DNA of 64,000 nucleotides from Escherichia coli (GTDB lineage Bacteria; Pseudomonadota; Gammaproteobacteria; Enterobacterales; Enterobacteriaceae): NCBI RefSeq assembly GCF_044647545.1, contig NZ_CP172818.1; one strand, 5' to 3'. Shown piece by piece: positions 54,506 to 64,000 of this stretch (position 1 is its first letter; each line of letters starts with the position of its first letter). The notes under the pieces were generated by a model. It saw only the letters and a program-made list of their open reading frames with translations, ran no database searches and was not told where the DNA came from. The position numbers and the translations under genes were made by a program.

Positions 54506-55417
54506 TTAACGTTGTGCTTCGCCACCTAATCCTTCAATCAGGTTTTGAATTAACGCTGCCAGTTCACCAGTCATCAGGATGAAATCGGCATCAAAACGCT
54601 GGGCGAAATCTTCACGGTCGATATCTTCGTTTTGATCGCGCAGCTCGTCGCAGAACTTCAGACGCTTGAGCGAACCATCGTCGCACATCACAAACTGAAT
54701 GCGTTGCTGCCAGTCGAGCGCCAGTTTAGTCACCACTTTTCCGGCTTCGATGTGGTTGGTGATCTCTTCGCTGGTCAGATCTTGTTTCTTCGCGCGGATC
54801 ACGCCACCATCTTCCAGCAGCGATTTCAGCTCGGCTTCATCAAGCAACTGGAAGCCCTGTGCCGCACTACCGGAGCGAACCCATTCGGTCAGCGTCAGTT
54901 CAATCGGGTTTTCCATGCTCAATGGTACAACCGGTAACGACCCCAGGCTTTTACGCAGTAATGCCAGCGTATCTTCCGCTTTTTTGGCACTGGCGCAGTC
55001 CACCATAATCAAACCGTTAACCGTGTCGATCCACATCATTGTCTGGCTAAAACGGCTGAAAGCACGCGGCAGCAGAGAGTGCAGCACTTCGTCTTTCAGC
55101 GAATCTTTTTCGGTTTTCTTCAGCTTACGCGCCTGTTCCGCTTCCAGTTTGGCGATTTTCGCTTCCAGCGCCTGTTTAATCACCGGAGACGGGAGGATTT
55201 TTTCTTCTTTGCGCGCGCAGATAACAATTTGACCATTGGCAACGTGCGTTAACGCATCGCTGTGCGATCCCATCGGAGGAACCCAGCCCATCTTCGCCAT
55301 GTCCTGGCTGCCGCATGGGGTAAATGCCATCGAGGCTAGCTGTTTTTCCATCTCTTCTGCACGCAGCGAAATCTCGCGGCTAAGACGGTAAACCATTAAA
55401 TTTTTGAACCACAGCAT
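54506..55417 (-). CDS. rdgC: recombination-associated protein RdgC
   Basis: 303 aa from [18 protein letters not shown]... Confidence 0.9.
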
Positions 55418-55541
55418 GATAATTTCCACGGCCTTGTCGTTAAATTTAGCGGGCATGATAACGAATTGTCGGCGGGCTTGCATTGCCAATCCGGTTGTCC
55501 GTCTCTACGCTATTGATATTGAAAAAAATAAGGAGAGTACC

Positions 55542-56450
55542 GTGCGTATAGGTATCGATTTAGGCGGCACCAAAACTGAAGTGATTGCACTGGGCGATGC
55601 AGGGGAGCAGTTGTACCGCCATCGTCTGCCCACGCCGCGTGATGATTACCGGCAGACTATTGAAACGATCGCCACGTTGGTTGATATGGCGGAGCAGGCG
55701 ACAGGGCAGCGCGGAACGGTAGGTATGGGCATTCCTGGCTCAATTTCGCCTTACACCGGCGTGGTGAAGAATGCCAATTCAACCTGGCTCAACGGTCAGC
55801 CATTCGATAAAGACTTAAGCGCGAGGTTGCAGCGGGAAGTGCGGCTGGCAAATGACGCCAACTGTCTGGCGGTTTCAGAAGCAGTAGATGGCGCGGCAGC
55901 GGGAGCGCAGACGGTATTTGCCGTGATTATCGGCACGGGATGCGGCGCGGGCGTGGCATTCAATGGGCGGGCGCATATCGGCGGCAATGGCACGGCAGGC
56001 GAGTGGGGGCACAATCCGCTACCGTGGATGGACGAAGACGAACTGCGTTATCGCGAGGAAGTCCCTTGTTATTGCGGTAAACAAGGTTGTATTGAAACCT
56101 TTATTTCGGGCACGGGATTCGCGACGGATTATCGTCGTTTGAGCGGACATGCGCTGAAAGGCAGTGAAATTATCCGCCTGGTTGAAGAAAGCGATCCGGT
56201 AGCGGAACTGGCATTGCGTCGCTACGAGCTGCGGCTGGCAAAATCGCTGGCACATGTCGTGAATATTCTCGATCCGGATGTGATTGTCCTGGGGGGCGGG
56301 ATGAGCAATGTCGACCGTTTATATCAAACGGTTCCGCAGTTGATTAAACAATTTGTCTTCGGCGGCGAATGTGAAACGCCGGTGCGTAAGGCGAAGCACG
56401 GTGATTCCAGCGGCGTACGCGGCGCTGCGTGGTTATGGCCACAAGAGTAA
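55542..56450 (+). CDS. mak: fructokinase / mannokinase (ROK family)
   Basis: 302 aa, GTG start at 55542 with SD aaggagag; ROK motifs (IDLGGTKTE, zinc-binding CYCGKQGC). Confidence 0.9.
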   Translation: MRIGIDLGGTKTEVIALGDAGEQLYRHRLPTPRDDYRQTIETIATLVDMAEQATGQRGTVGMGIPGSISPYTGVVKNANSTWLNGQPFDKDLSARLQREVRLANDANCLAVSEAVDGAAAGAQTVFAVIIGTGCGAGVAFNGRAHIGGNGTAGEWGHNPLPWMDEDELRYREEVPCYCGKQGCIETFISGTGFATDYRRLSGHALKGSEIIRLVEESDPVAELALRRYELRLAKSLAHVVNILDPDVIVLGGGMSNVDRLYQTVPQLIKQFVFGGECETPVRKAKHGDSSGVRGAAWLWPQE

Positions 56451-56459
56451 AAAACCCAG

Positions 56460-56580
56460 GCAATTGGCGCATCATGCCTGATGCGACGCTTGCCGCGTCT
56501 TATCAGGCCTGCAAAATGTGCCGGAACCGCAGGCCGATAACGCGTTCATGCCGCATCCGGCAATAAGCAACGCGCAACGT
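56460..56580. repeat. REP-like palindromic elements between mak and araJ
   Basis: GCCTGATGCGACGCTTGCCGCGTCTTATCAGGCC and GCCGCATCCGGCA units. Confidence 0.55.
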
Positions 56581-56589
56581 GACTGCAAT

Positions 56590-57774
56590 CTACCCCAGTG
56601 GTTTCGCCAGCACCGGACTATCCGCCGCTTGCTGGCGCTTATAGCGACCATACAGCAGCAACGACGACATCGCAGCAAACGAAAGCAGGGCGGCAGGCAG
56701 CGCCACGTAATTATATGCCATCCCCAGCGTCAGCATCATACCACCGCAATATGCGCCGACGGCGCTACCGAGGTTAAACGCTATTTGCCCACCTGCGGCA
56801 CCTAATAACTCTCCGCCTTTTGCGTTTTGCAGTAACAATATTTGCAGAGGTGCTGAAAGGGCAAATAATCCCGCGCAACAAATAAAAGCAAAAATAAGCG
56901 ACGTTATTTTCATGCCGCCGAAGAAAAAGAGCATCAACAGTGCCAGTACAATGATAAAGTCAGTCACTGCTGCAATGCGCAGTGGTGAATAACGTCCTGA
57001 AATCCGGCCACTTAGCACATTCCCCAGCACCATCCCTAGCCCCACTAACATCATAATAAAGGTCATCGCCGTTTCCGAAAAACCGGAAATAAACATCATG
57101 TATGGCTTTACGTAGCTGAACCAGGCAAACACACCTGCGTTGCCAAACATCGTAGCGGCGAAAATTAACCACGGGGCAGGGCTGCGTAAAAAGTGAAATT
57201 GTTCGCGTAGTTTTCCTTTCGCCTCGTCGCGAATATCCGGCACCCAAAAATAGACCGATGCCATCACCGCAATATTAAAAACAGCGATCAACAAAAAGGT
57301 GTAGCGCCAGCTAAATTCCTGACTTAAATACGTTCCCAGTGGAATGCCCAGCAAATTGGCGACTGTCATCCCGGAAACCATCCCTGCCACGGCGGCGGTG
57401 ACTTTGCCGGGTTTGATAATTTTTGATAACACGATCGCTCCGACGCCAAAAAATGCGCCATGCGGAAAGCCGGATACCAGCCGACCAATGGCGAGCATCA
57501 GGTAAGACGAAGAGAGCGTGAACATGGCGTTGCCAATGACGCACAACGCCACCAGAAACAATAAGATATGTTTGAGTGAGTAGCGACTGGAAAAAAGCGC
57601 GATGATTGGCGCACCGACCACCACCCCCAGCGCATAATACGAGATCATATGCCCGGCGGCAGGAATCGAAATTCCTACGTTATGCGCCAGCTCCGTGAGC
57701 ACGCCCATAATGCCAAATTCGGCCATCCCCAAACCAAACGTGCCCAGAGCCAAAGATAAAATGACTTTTTTCAT
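56590..57774 (-). CDS. araJ: MFS transporter
   Basis: 394 aa from MKKVILSLALGTFGLGMAEFGIMGVL, 12 predicted TM. Confidence 0.85.
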   Translation of the reverse strand: MKKVILSLALGTFGLGMAEFGIMGVLTELAHNVGISIPAAGHMISYYALGVVVGAPIIALFSSRYSLKHILLFLVALCVIGNAMFTLSSSYLMLAIGRLVSGFPHGAFFGVGAIVLSKIIKPGKVTAAVAGMVSGMTVANLLGIPLGTYLSQEFSWRYTFLLIAVFNIAVMASVYFWVPDIRDEAKGKLREQFHFLRSPAPWLIFAATMFGNAGVFAWFSYVKPYMMFISGFSETAMTFIMMLVGLGMVLGNVLSGRISGRYSPLRIAAVTDFIIVLALLMLFFFGGMKITSLIFAFICCAGLFALSAPLQILLLQNAKGGELLGAAGGQIAFNLGSAVGAYCGGMMLTLGMAYNYVALPAALLSFAAMSSLLLYGRYKRQQAADSPVLAKPLG

Positions 57775-57899
57775 ACCACCATCACAACCACCAGAACGGC
57801 TACTAATCACCGTAGCCAATAAAGTGATAGCTTGCAGGATAACGACCAGCGAGGCCAAGAGATAATTCGCCCCTCTGTATTCATTATCCTGCTGAATAG

Positions 57900-60800
57900 T
57901 TATTTCACTGCAAACGCACTTTCCAGTTTGCTGTAGCCCAGTCCATTGATCTTTTTCACTTTGATCTGCACCGGAATACGCTCTTTCATCGCTTCAACGT
58001 GGCTAATCACACCGATGGTTTTGCCACTGGCATTCAGGGCATCCAGCGCATCAAGGGCGGTATCCAGCGTTTCGCTATCCAGCGTGCCAAAACCTTCATC
58101 AAGGAACAGCGAGTCAATACGCGTTTTATGGCTGACCAGATCCGAAAGCGCCAGCGCCAGCGCCAGACTGACGAGGAAACTTTCGCCGCCGGAAAGGGTA
58201 CGGGTATCGCGTACCGCATCTGCCTGCCAGGTATCAACAACCTCGACTTCCAGCGCCTCGCTGGCTTTGCGCTGTAACAGATAGCGCCCGTGCAGCCGGG
58301 TAAGTTGCTGATTAGCGAGATGGACTAAATTATCCAGCGTCAGCCCCTGGGCAAACTTGCGGAATTTATCGCCCTCTTTGGAACCTATTAGCGAATTCAG
58401 ATATCCCCAGTCCTCAACCTGCTGCGTCATTTGAGCAATTTGCTGCATTAAGGTTTGTTGTTGCTGACGGTTGTCTGCATCCTGCTTCAGCTGCTGGCGA
58501 ATCTCGCCCTGACTGGTGGTATTTTCACGCAACTTTTGCTGAGTTTGCGCTAACTCTTGCTGAATCTGCTCCACCGTCACACTGAGATCCAGGCCGTCAG
58601 GTCGGTGTTGCTGATGCTGTGCCAGCGCTTCTGCTGTCTGAGTGACCAGCGTTTGCGCCTGACGGCGCTGGTTTTCCAGATTCTGCTTGAGCTGTTCCAG
58701 TTGCGTTAGTGTTTGTTCATCCATTAGCGCCGCAAGGAACGCCTGTTGATCGTCAAAGACACTGGCCTGTAGCGCGGTGTCAAACTGCGCCTGGGCTTTT
58801 TGCAGACTTTGCGCCGCCAGAACATCCTGTTGCTGTAACGTCTGCTGCTGGCTGTGTAATGCGAGACATTGTTCATGAACCTGCCGCCAGTTTTCCAGCG
58901 CCACAGTTTCTTCGCTGTGCGGGAGTTCATCACTTTGCGGCAACGTTTCCAGAATCGGCGTCAGCTGCTGCATACGGTTTTGCAGCGCGGTTAATTCGTT
59001 CTGGCGTTGCTGCCAGCTCTGGGCTTCTTGCTGACGCGTCGCCAACCAGCTCTCTTCTTCATCTTCCTGTGGCAATGTCAGTGCATAACCCGCCAATGCC
59101 GTTAAGAGTTGCTGCTGGCGTTGTTCAATTTGCTGTTGATACTGGATAATTTGTTGATTATGCGCAGCAATCTGCCCTTGTACTTCATGTCGTTGGCTGA
59201 GTAATCGCAGCTGGCGCTCGTGCTCATCTTGTGCATCCAGCCACGGTTGAATATCGTCCTGTGGCTGCAAGGTGATATTGAGGCTGGCCGTGACGGCTTG
59301 CCATTGTTGAGTAAGTGCTTGCTCATCTTGTCGGAGGCTTTGCGCTTCGTTTTCATCACGCTGAAGTTGCTTTGTTAAGGCGTCCAGTTGCCCACGTAGC
59401 GTCGCACCTTCTTCACCGAGCTTTTTAACTTCGTTTTCCAGCGCCAGTAATCGAGACTGATTAACGCCAGGCTCCAGCGCCTGATACGCCTCGACCGCCG
59501 GGTGGCTGGTGGAACCACAAAGTGGACAAGGCTGACCCGCCTGTAACTGCGCGCGCTGGGCTTCCAGCGTTTTGATGCGTGCTTCCTGCTCGCAAATGGT
59601 TTTGACATCGGCAAGTTGCTGCATCTTTTCTTTATAACGCTGGCGCATTTCGTTAAGTGCGGCGTTACGTTGCGTCTGTTCTTGCGTGACATTCTGGATA
59701 GTGACCTGTAATTGCGCCAGGCGTTTTTGTTGGGGAACAATCTGTCCATGCAGCGCGACCAGGCGCTGACGCAGTGGGCGTTGCTCGGCATGTTGCGCCA
59801 GGGCGCTAGCAACTTCATCGGCGGTTAACGTCAACGTGATCGCCGCAAGCGCATTAAGTTTTTGCTCTGCATGGGTTAACTGTTGCTGCCATTGCCGCAG
59901 ATGCTCGCGATCGCTGGTTTGTTGGGAGAACTGCGCACGCCAACCCGCCAGTTCGTTGTTCCACTGACGGAAGCGGTCGTGTTCCTGTAGCCAGGCATTC
60001 AGACTTTGTTGCTGCTGCTGTAATTCTGCTGACTGCTTCGCCGCGTGGTGGCGAATGCTCGCCCGAAGCGCCATTGTGCTCTGTAAGCGAGTATTTACTT
60101 CTTCAATCTGCTGGCGAGTATGCGCCAGCGCCGCGCTGTGTTCTGCGATGCGTTCCCAGTGCGGACGAAGATTTCGTGCCGGTTGTGCCAGACTGAGCGC
60201 CGCCAGTTGAGGTTGCGCTTTTTCTTCTTCGGCTAACGCCTGTTGCAAGGCCTGTTGACGGCGGCTGGCTTCTTGCTGCAATTCGTCCAGACGCGTTAAC
60301 CAGTTTAGTGATTGTTGTTCTTGCTGCTGCGCGGTAAGTAACTGTTTTTCTTCGTCAGTAAGTACCTGCAAACTCGCTGTCAGCGATTGCACTTGTTCTG
60401 GCGTGAGCAACGCGACGCCGCTGGCCTGCGCTTGCAGCTTTTCCAGCTCTGTGCGGGCCGATTTGTGCTGCTCAAAAACCATCGCCGAGATTTGCCCGTA
60501 GATTTCAGTGCCAGTTAACTCCTCGAGCAATTCCGCGCGTTCTTTTGGTTTGGCATTCAGGAAGGCAGCAAATTGCCCCTGCGAAAGCAGCATCGAACGG
60601 GTGAAGCGCCCGTAATCCAGTCCGGTTAACGTCGCCGTCAGTTCCAGCTTATCTTTCACTTTGTCGGCGAGAATTTTGCCATCGGCGCAGCGCGCCAGCT
60701 CTACGCGTGGCACCTGCAAATTACCGTCCGGCTGGTTACGCGCCCGATTCTGGCTCCAGAACGCGCGATACGCTTCACCTTTCACTTCAAACTCCACTTC

Positions 60801-61043
60801 CGCCAGACATTCGGCGGTATCGCGGGTCATGAGATCATTTTGCGATTGTGAAACGTTAGAGAGGCGCGGAGTTTCGTGATACAGCGCCAGACAAATGGCG
60901 TCCAGCAGGGTGGTTTTCCCCGCACCGGTTGGGCCGGTAATCGCAAACAGCCCGTTGCTGGCGAACGGCTCGCGGGTGAAATCAATCTTCCATTCTCCTT
61001 TTAATGAGTTCAGGTTTTTCAGGCGCAGGCTGAGAATTTTCAT
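57900..61043 (-). CDS. sbcC: SbcCD nuclease ATPase subunit (SMC/Rad50-like)
   Basis: 1047-aa ORF with Walker [10 protein letters not shown], long Gln/Leu-rich coiled coil, zinc-hook CPLCGS, C-terminal signature/D-loop ([28 protein letters not shown]). Confidence 0.95.
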   Translation of the reverse strand: MKILSLRLKNLNSLKGEWKIDFTREPFASNGLFAITGPTGAGKTTLLDAICLALYHETPRLSNVSQSQNDLMTRDTAECLAEVEFEVKGEAYRAFWSQNRARNQPDGNLQVPRVELARCADGKILADKVKDKLELTATLTGLDYGRFTRSMLLSQGQFAAFLNAKPKERAELLEELTGTEIYGQISAMVFEQHKSARTELEKLQAQASGVALLTPEQVQSLTASLQVLTDEEKQLLTAQQQEQQSLNWLTRLDELQQEASRRQQALQQALAEEEKAQPQLAALSLAQPARNLRPHWERIAEHSAALAHTRQQIEEVNTRLQSTMALRASIRHHAAKQSAELQQQQQSLNAWLQEHDRFRQWNNELAGWRAQFSQQTSDREHLRQWQQQLTHAEQKLNALAAITLTLTADEVASALAQHAEQRPLRQRLVALHGQIVPQQKRLAQLQVTIQNVTQEQTQRNAALNEMRQRYKEKMQQLADVKTICEQEARIKTLEAQRAQLQAGQPCPLCGSTSHPAVEAYQALEPGVNQSRLLALENEVKKLGEEGATLRGQLDALTKQLQRDENEAQSLRQDEQALTQQWQAVTASLNITLQPQDDIQPWLDAQDEHERQLRLLSQRHEVQGQIAAHNQQIIQYQQQIEQRQQQLLTALAGYALTLPQEDEEESWLATRQQEAQSWQQRQNELTALQNRMQQLTPILETLPQSDELPHSEETVALENWRQVHEQCLALHSQQQTLQQQDVLAAQSLQKAQAQFDTALQASVFDDQQAFLAALMDEQTLTQLEQLKQNLENQRRQAQTLVTQTAEALAQHQQHRPDGLDLSVTVEQIQQELAQTQQKLRENTTSQGEIRQQLKQDADNRQQQQTLMQQIAQMTQQVEDWGYLNSLIGSKEGDKFRKFAQGLTLDNLVHLANQQLTRLHGRYLLQRKASEALEVEVVDTWQADAVRDTRTLSGGESFLVSLALALALSDLVSHKTRIDSLFLDEGFGTLDSETLDTALDALDALNASGKTIGVISHVEAMKERIPVQIKVKKINGLGYSKLESAFAVK

Positions 61044-62242
61044 ACTTCGTGTTCTCCGGCGAGGGTATGCAACGTCGTGGTGAAAAGATACTGCAGACGT
61101 TGCTGCTGCGATTCATCCAGTTCTTCCAGTGCCAGACGGCGATTGAACACCTCTTCGACGCTGAGTTCGCTGAGGGTTTCACGCTGTTGGCTGGCTAACA
61201 CACGCTCGCGCTGTTCACGACTCCGGCGTACCAGCAATACTTCAACGGGCAATGATTCGGTTAATGCCTGGATTTTGCGCTGAATATCATGCAGATACTC
61301 ATCAGTAGTGATTTCGATATCCAGCCAGACAGGTGGCTCCTGTGATACATCGCGCCACTGTTCCAGCTGTGCGGTAATCGACGCCAGATCGCCTTTCAGC
61401 ACCGCCATGGGTTGCGTTACCGGTACGTTCAGGTTTTCCACGTTCTCTAATTTGCCGTTTGAAAATGTCACCAGATGGACATATTTACTCTTACCGCATT
61501 CATCAAAACTCAGTGGTATGGGGGAACCGCAATAGCGAACATGTTCCATGCCGCCAATAATCTGCGCGCGGTGAATATGCCCGAGCGCGATGTAGTCGGC
61601 TGGTGGAAAGTTTTGTGCCGGAAACGCGTCCAGCGTGCCAATATAAATGTCACGCACGGCGTCACTTTTACTGGCACCCACGGTCGTTAAATGTCCCGTG
61701 GCGATGATGGGCAGAGGCTGATCGCCGCGCAGTTTGCAGGCATCGGCATAATGTTGTTGATAATAATCAGTAATAGCCGCCAGCAAATGCTGCTGTTTTT
61801 CAATACCGTTAAGCCCCGCCTGGCTGGTAATAATGTCACGCGGGCGTAAAAAAGGTATGGGACACAGCACTGCGCCTGGCGTCCCGTCGCGACGAGGCAA
61901 GATTTGCGGCGCATGTCCGGCGCTGGCGACCACGGTAGTATTGAGGAACGCCATGATATCGCGCGATTCATTCAGCGTGGCGACCGAGTCATGGTTTCCT
62001 GCCAGTACCACCAGATGACAGCCAGTTTGCTGTAAATTGACAACAAAACGGTTGTATAACGTGCGGGCGTAACTGGGCGGCGAGCCGGTATCGAAAACAT
62101 CACCGGCAACAATAATCGCATCCACCTGATGGATCTGTGCTGTCTCCAGCAGCCAGTCAAGAAAAGCCTGATGTTCGGCTTCGCGGCTCTTACTGTAGAA
62201 GTTCTGGCCGAGATGCCAGTCTGAGGTGTGAAGGATGCGCAT
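61040..62242 (-). CDS. sbcD: SbcCD nuclease subunit (Mre11-like phosphoesterase)
   Basis: 400 aa from [16 protein letters not shown]...; ATGA overlap with sbcC. Confidence 0.95.
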   Translation of the reverse strand: MRILHTSDWHLGQNFYSKSREAEHQAFLDWLLETAQIHQVDAIIVAGDVFDTGSPPSYARTLYNRFVVNLQQTGCHLVVLAGNHDSVATLNESRDIMAFLNTTVVASAGHAPQILPRRDGTPGAVLCPIPFLRPRDIITSQAGLNGIEKQQHLLAAITDYYQQHYADACKLRGDQPLPIIATGHLTTVGASKSDAVRDIYIGTLDAFPAQNFPPADYIALGHIHRAQIIGGMEHVRYCGSPIPLSFDECGKSKYVHLVTFSNGKLENVENLNVPVTQPMAVLKGDLASITAQLEQWRDVSQEPPVWLDIEITTDEYLHDIQRKIQALTESLPVEVLLVRRSREQRERVLASQQRETLSELSVEEVFNRRLALEELDESQQQRLQYLFTTTLHTLAGEHEV

Positions 62243-62351
62243 AACGGTTCCCTGGCGAAAAAGCATGGGCGCGATTATACCCAAACAGATGTGCCATTTG
62301 CTTTTTTCTGCGCCACGGAAATCAATAACCTGAAGATATGTGCGACGAGCT

Positions 62352-62385
62352 TTTCATAAATCTGTCATAAATCTGACGCATAATG
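62352..62385 (+). promoter_or_regulatory. Pho boxes of the phoBR promoter
   Basis: tttcataaatctgtcataaatctgacgcataatg contains tandem CTGTCATA(A/T)A-like repeats upstream of phoB. Confidence 0.8.
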
Positions 62386-62431
62386 ACGTCGCATTAATGA
62401 TCGCAACCTATTTATTACAACAGGGCAAATC

Positions 62432-63121
62432 ATGGCGAGACGTATTCTGGTCGTAGAAGATGAAGCACCAATTCGCGAAATGGTCTGCTTCGTGCTCGAA
62501 CAAAATGGCTTTCAGCCGGTCGAAGCGGAAGATTATGACAGTGCTGTGAATCAACTGAATGAACCCTGGCCGGATTTAATTCTCCTTGACTGGATGTTAC
62601 CTGGCGGCTCCGGTATCCAGTTCATCAAACACCTCAAGCGCGAGTCGATGACCCGGGATATTCCAGTGGTGATGTTGACCGCCAGAGGGGAAGAAGAAGA
62701 TCGCGTGCGCGGCCTTGAAACCGGTGCGGATGACTATATCACCAAGCCGTTTTCGCCGAAGGAGCTGGTGGCGCGAATCAAAGCGGTAATGCGCCGTATT
62801 TCGCCAATGGCGGTGGAAGAGGTGATCGAGATGCAGGGGCTAAGTCTCGACCCGACATCTCACCGGGTGATGGCGGGCGAAGAACCGCTGGAGATGGGGC
62901 CGACAGAATTTAAACTGCTGCACTTTTTTATGACGCATCCTGAGCGCGTGTACAGCCGCGAGCAGCTGTTAAACCACGTCTGGGGAACCAACGTGTATGT
63001 GGAAGATCGTACAGTCGATGTCCACATTCGTCGCCTGCGTAAAGCACTGGAGCCCGGCGGGCATGACCGCATGGTGCAGACCGTGCGCGGTACAGGGTAT
63101 CGTTTTTCAACCCGCTTTTAA
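62432..63121 (+). CDS. phoB: phosphate regulon response regulator
   Basis: 229-aa [30 protein letters not shown]...; receiver plus winged-helix domain. Confidence 0.95.
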
Positions 63122-63178
63122 CGCCTTGCTCATCGGACGCAGAGCAGGGCTTATGAATTCTTAACTGGAGTATCTTAC

Positions 63179-64000
63179 GTGCTGGAACGGCTGTCGTGGA
63201 AAAGGCTGGTGCTGGAGCTGCTACTTTGCTGCCTCCCGGCTTTCATCCTGGGTGCATTTTTTGGTTACCTGCCCTGGTTTTTGCTGGCATCGGTAACGGG
63301 ACTGCTTATCTGGCATTTCTGGAATTTATTGCGCCTTTCATGGTGGCTGTGGGTGGATCGTAGTATGACCCCGCCACCGGGGCGTGGTAGCTGGGAACCG
63401 CTGCTATACGGCTTACACCAGATGCAGCTGCGAAATAAAAAACGCCGCCGCGAATTGGGCAATCTGATTAAACGCTTTCGTAGTGGCGCGGAGTCGCTGC
63501 CCGACGCGGTAGTGCTGACCACGGAAGAGGGCGGTATTTTCTGGTGTAACGGTCTGGCGCAACAGATTCTTGGTTTGCGCTGGCCGGAAGATAACGGGCA
63601 GAACATCCTTAACCTGCTGCGTTACCCGGAGTTTACGCAATATCTGAAAACGCGTGATTTTTCTCGCCCGCTTAATCTGGTGCTCAACACCGGGCGGCAT
63701 CTGGAAATTCGCGTCATGCCTTATACCCACAAACAGTTGCTGATGGTGGCGCGTGATGTCACGCAAATGCATCAACTGGAAGGGGCGCGGCGTAACTTTT
63801 TTGCCAACGTGAGCCATGAGTTACGTACGCCATTGACCGTGTTACAGGGTTACCTGGAGATGATGGATGAGCAACCGCTGGAAGGCGCGGTACGTGAAAA
63901 AGCGTTGCACACCATGCGCGAGCAGACCCAGCGGATGGAAGGGCTGGTGAAGCAATTGCTGACGCTGTCGAAAATAGAAGCCGCACCGACGCATTTGCTC
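63179..64000 (+). CDS. phoR: phosphate regulon sensor histidine kinase, 3'-truncated by window edge
   Basis: GTG start at 63179 ([25 protein letters not shown]...), H-box [13 protein letters not shown] near 63800; open to the window end. Confidence 0.9.
   Translation, partial: MLERLSWKRLVLELLLCCLPAFILGAFFGYLPWFLLASVTGLLIWHFWNLLRLSWWLWVDRSMTPPPGRGSWEPLLYGLHQMQLRNKKRRRELGNLIKRFRSGAESLPDAVVLTTEEGGIFWCNGLAQQILGLRWPEDNGQNILNLLRYPEFTQYLKTRDFSRPLNLVLNTGRHLEIRVMPYTHKQLLMVARDVTQMHQLEGARRNFFANVSHELRTPLTVLQGYLEMMDEQPLEGAVREKALHTMREQTQRMEGLVKQLLTLSKIEAAPTHLL

Noticed and set aside
57946-59149. Plus-strand ORFs (112 and 146 aa) inside sbcC
   Set aside because: Antisense to the sbcC coiled-coil region, compositionally biased, no independent start signals.
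57900-62242. sbcCD considered as part of a novel defence system
   Set aside because: Canonical SbcCD operon in its usual position between araJ and phoB, with no extra nuclease, methylase or helicase genes.

Overview
This window reads as a well-known Escherichia coli chromosomal segment with K-12-like gene order, running from the 3' part of prpE to the 5' part of phoR. I found no novel system; the one candidate worth follow-up is the uncharacterised yaiS-yaiP-yaiX-yaiO operon, which looks like a cryptic glycan synthesis/modification/export module. All gene identifications come from reading the translations and from recollection of E. coli K-12; no database search or alignment was run.

Gene content in order: prpE (frame-disrupted), codB (frame-disrupted), codA, cynR, cynTSX, lacAYZ, lacI, mhpR, mhpABCDFE, mhpT, yaiL, frmRAB, yaiO, yaiX (frameshifted), yaiP, yaiS, tauABCD, hemB, yaiT (split by a complete IS3), yaiV, ampH, sbmA, yaiW, yaiY, yaiZ, ddlA, iraP, phoA-psiF, dgcC, proC, yaiI, aroL, yaiA, aroM, ppnP, ykiA, rdgC, mak, araJ, sbcDC, phoB and partial phoR. 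No rRNA, tRNA, CRISPR array, prophage or integron was recognised; IS3 is the only mobile element.

Main observations:
- Several frameshift and nonsense lesions are clustered in prpE and codB within the first ~2.9 kb, while the remaining ~61 kb has intact ORFs. This could be real pseudogenisation or local sequence error.
- The lac control region and the lacZ/lacI alleles differ from the K-12 sequence as I recall it, including one substitution in operator O1.
- A 200-bp tandem duplication spans the 3' end of cynR.
- yaiX is frameshifted with no IS element present.
- yaiT carries a frame break just after its signal peptide, in addition to the IS3 insertion.
- The yaiS-yaiP-yaiX-yaiO operon sits behind a ~600-bp AT-rich region.
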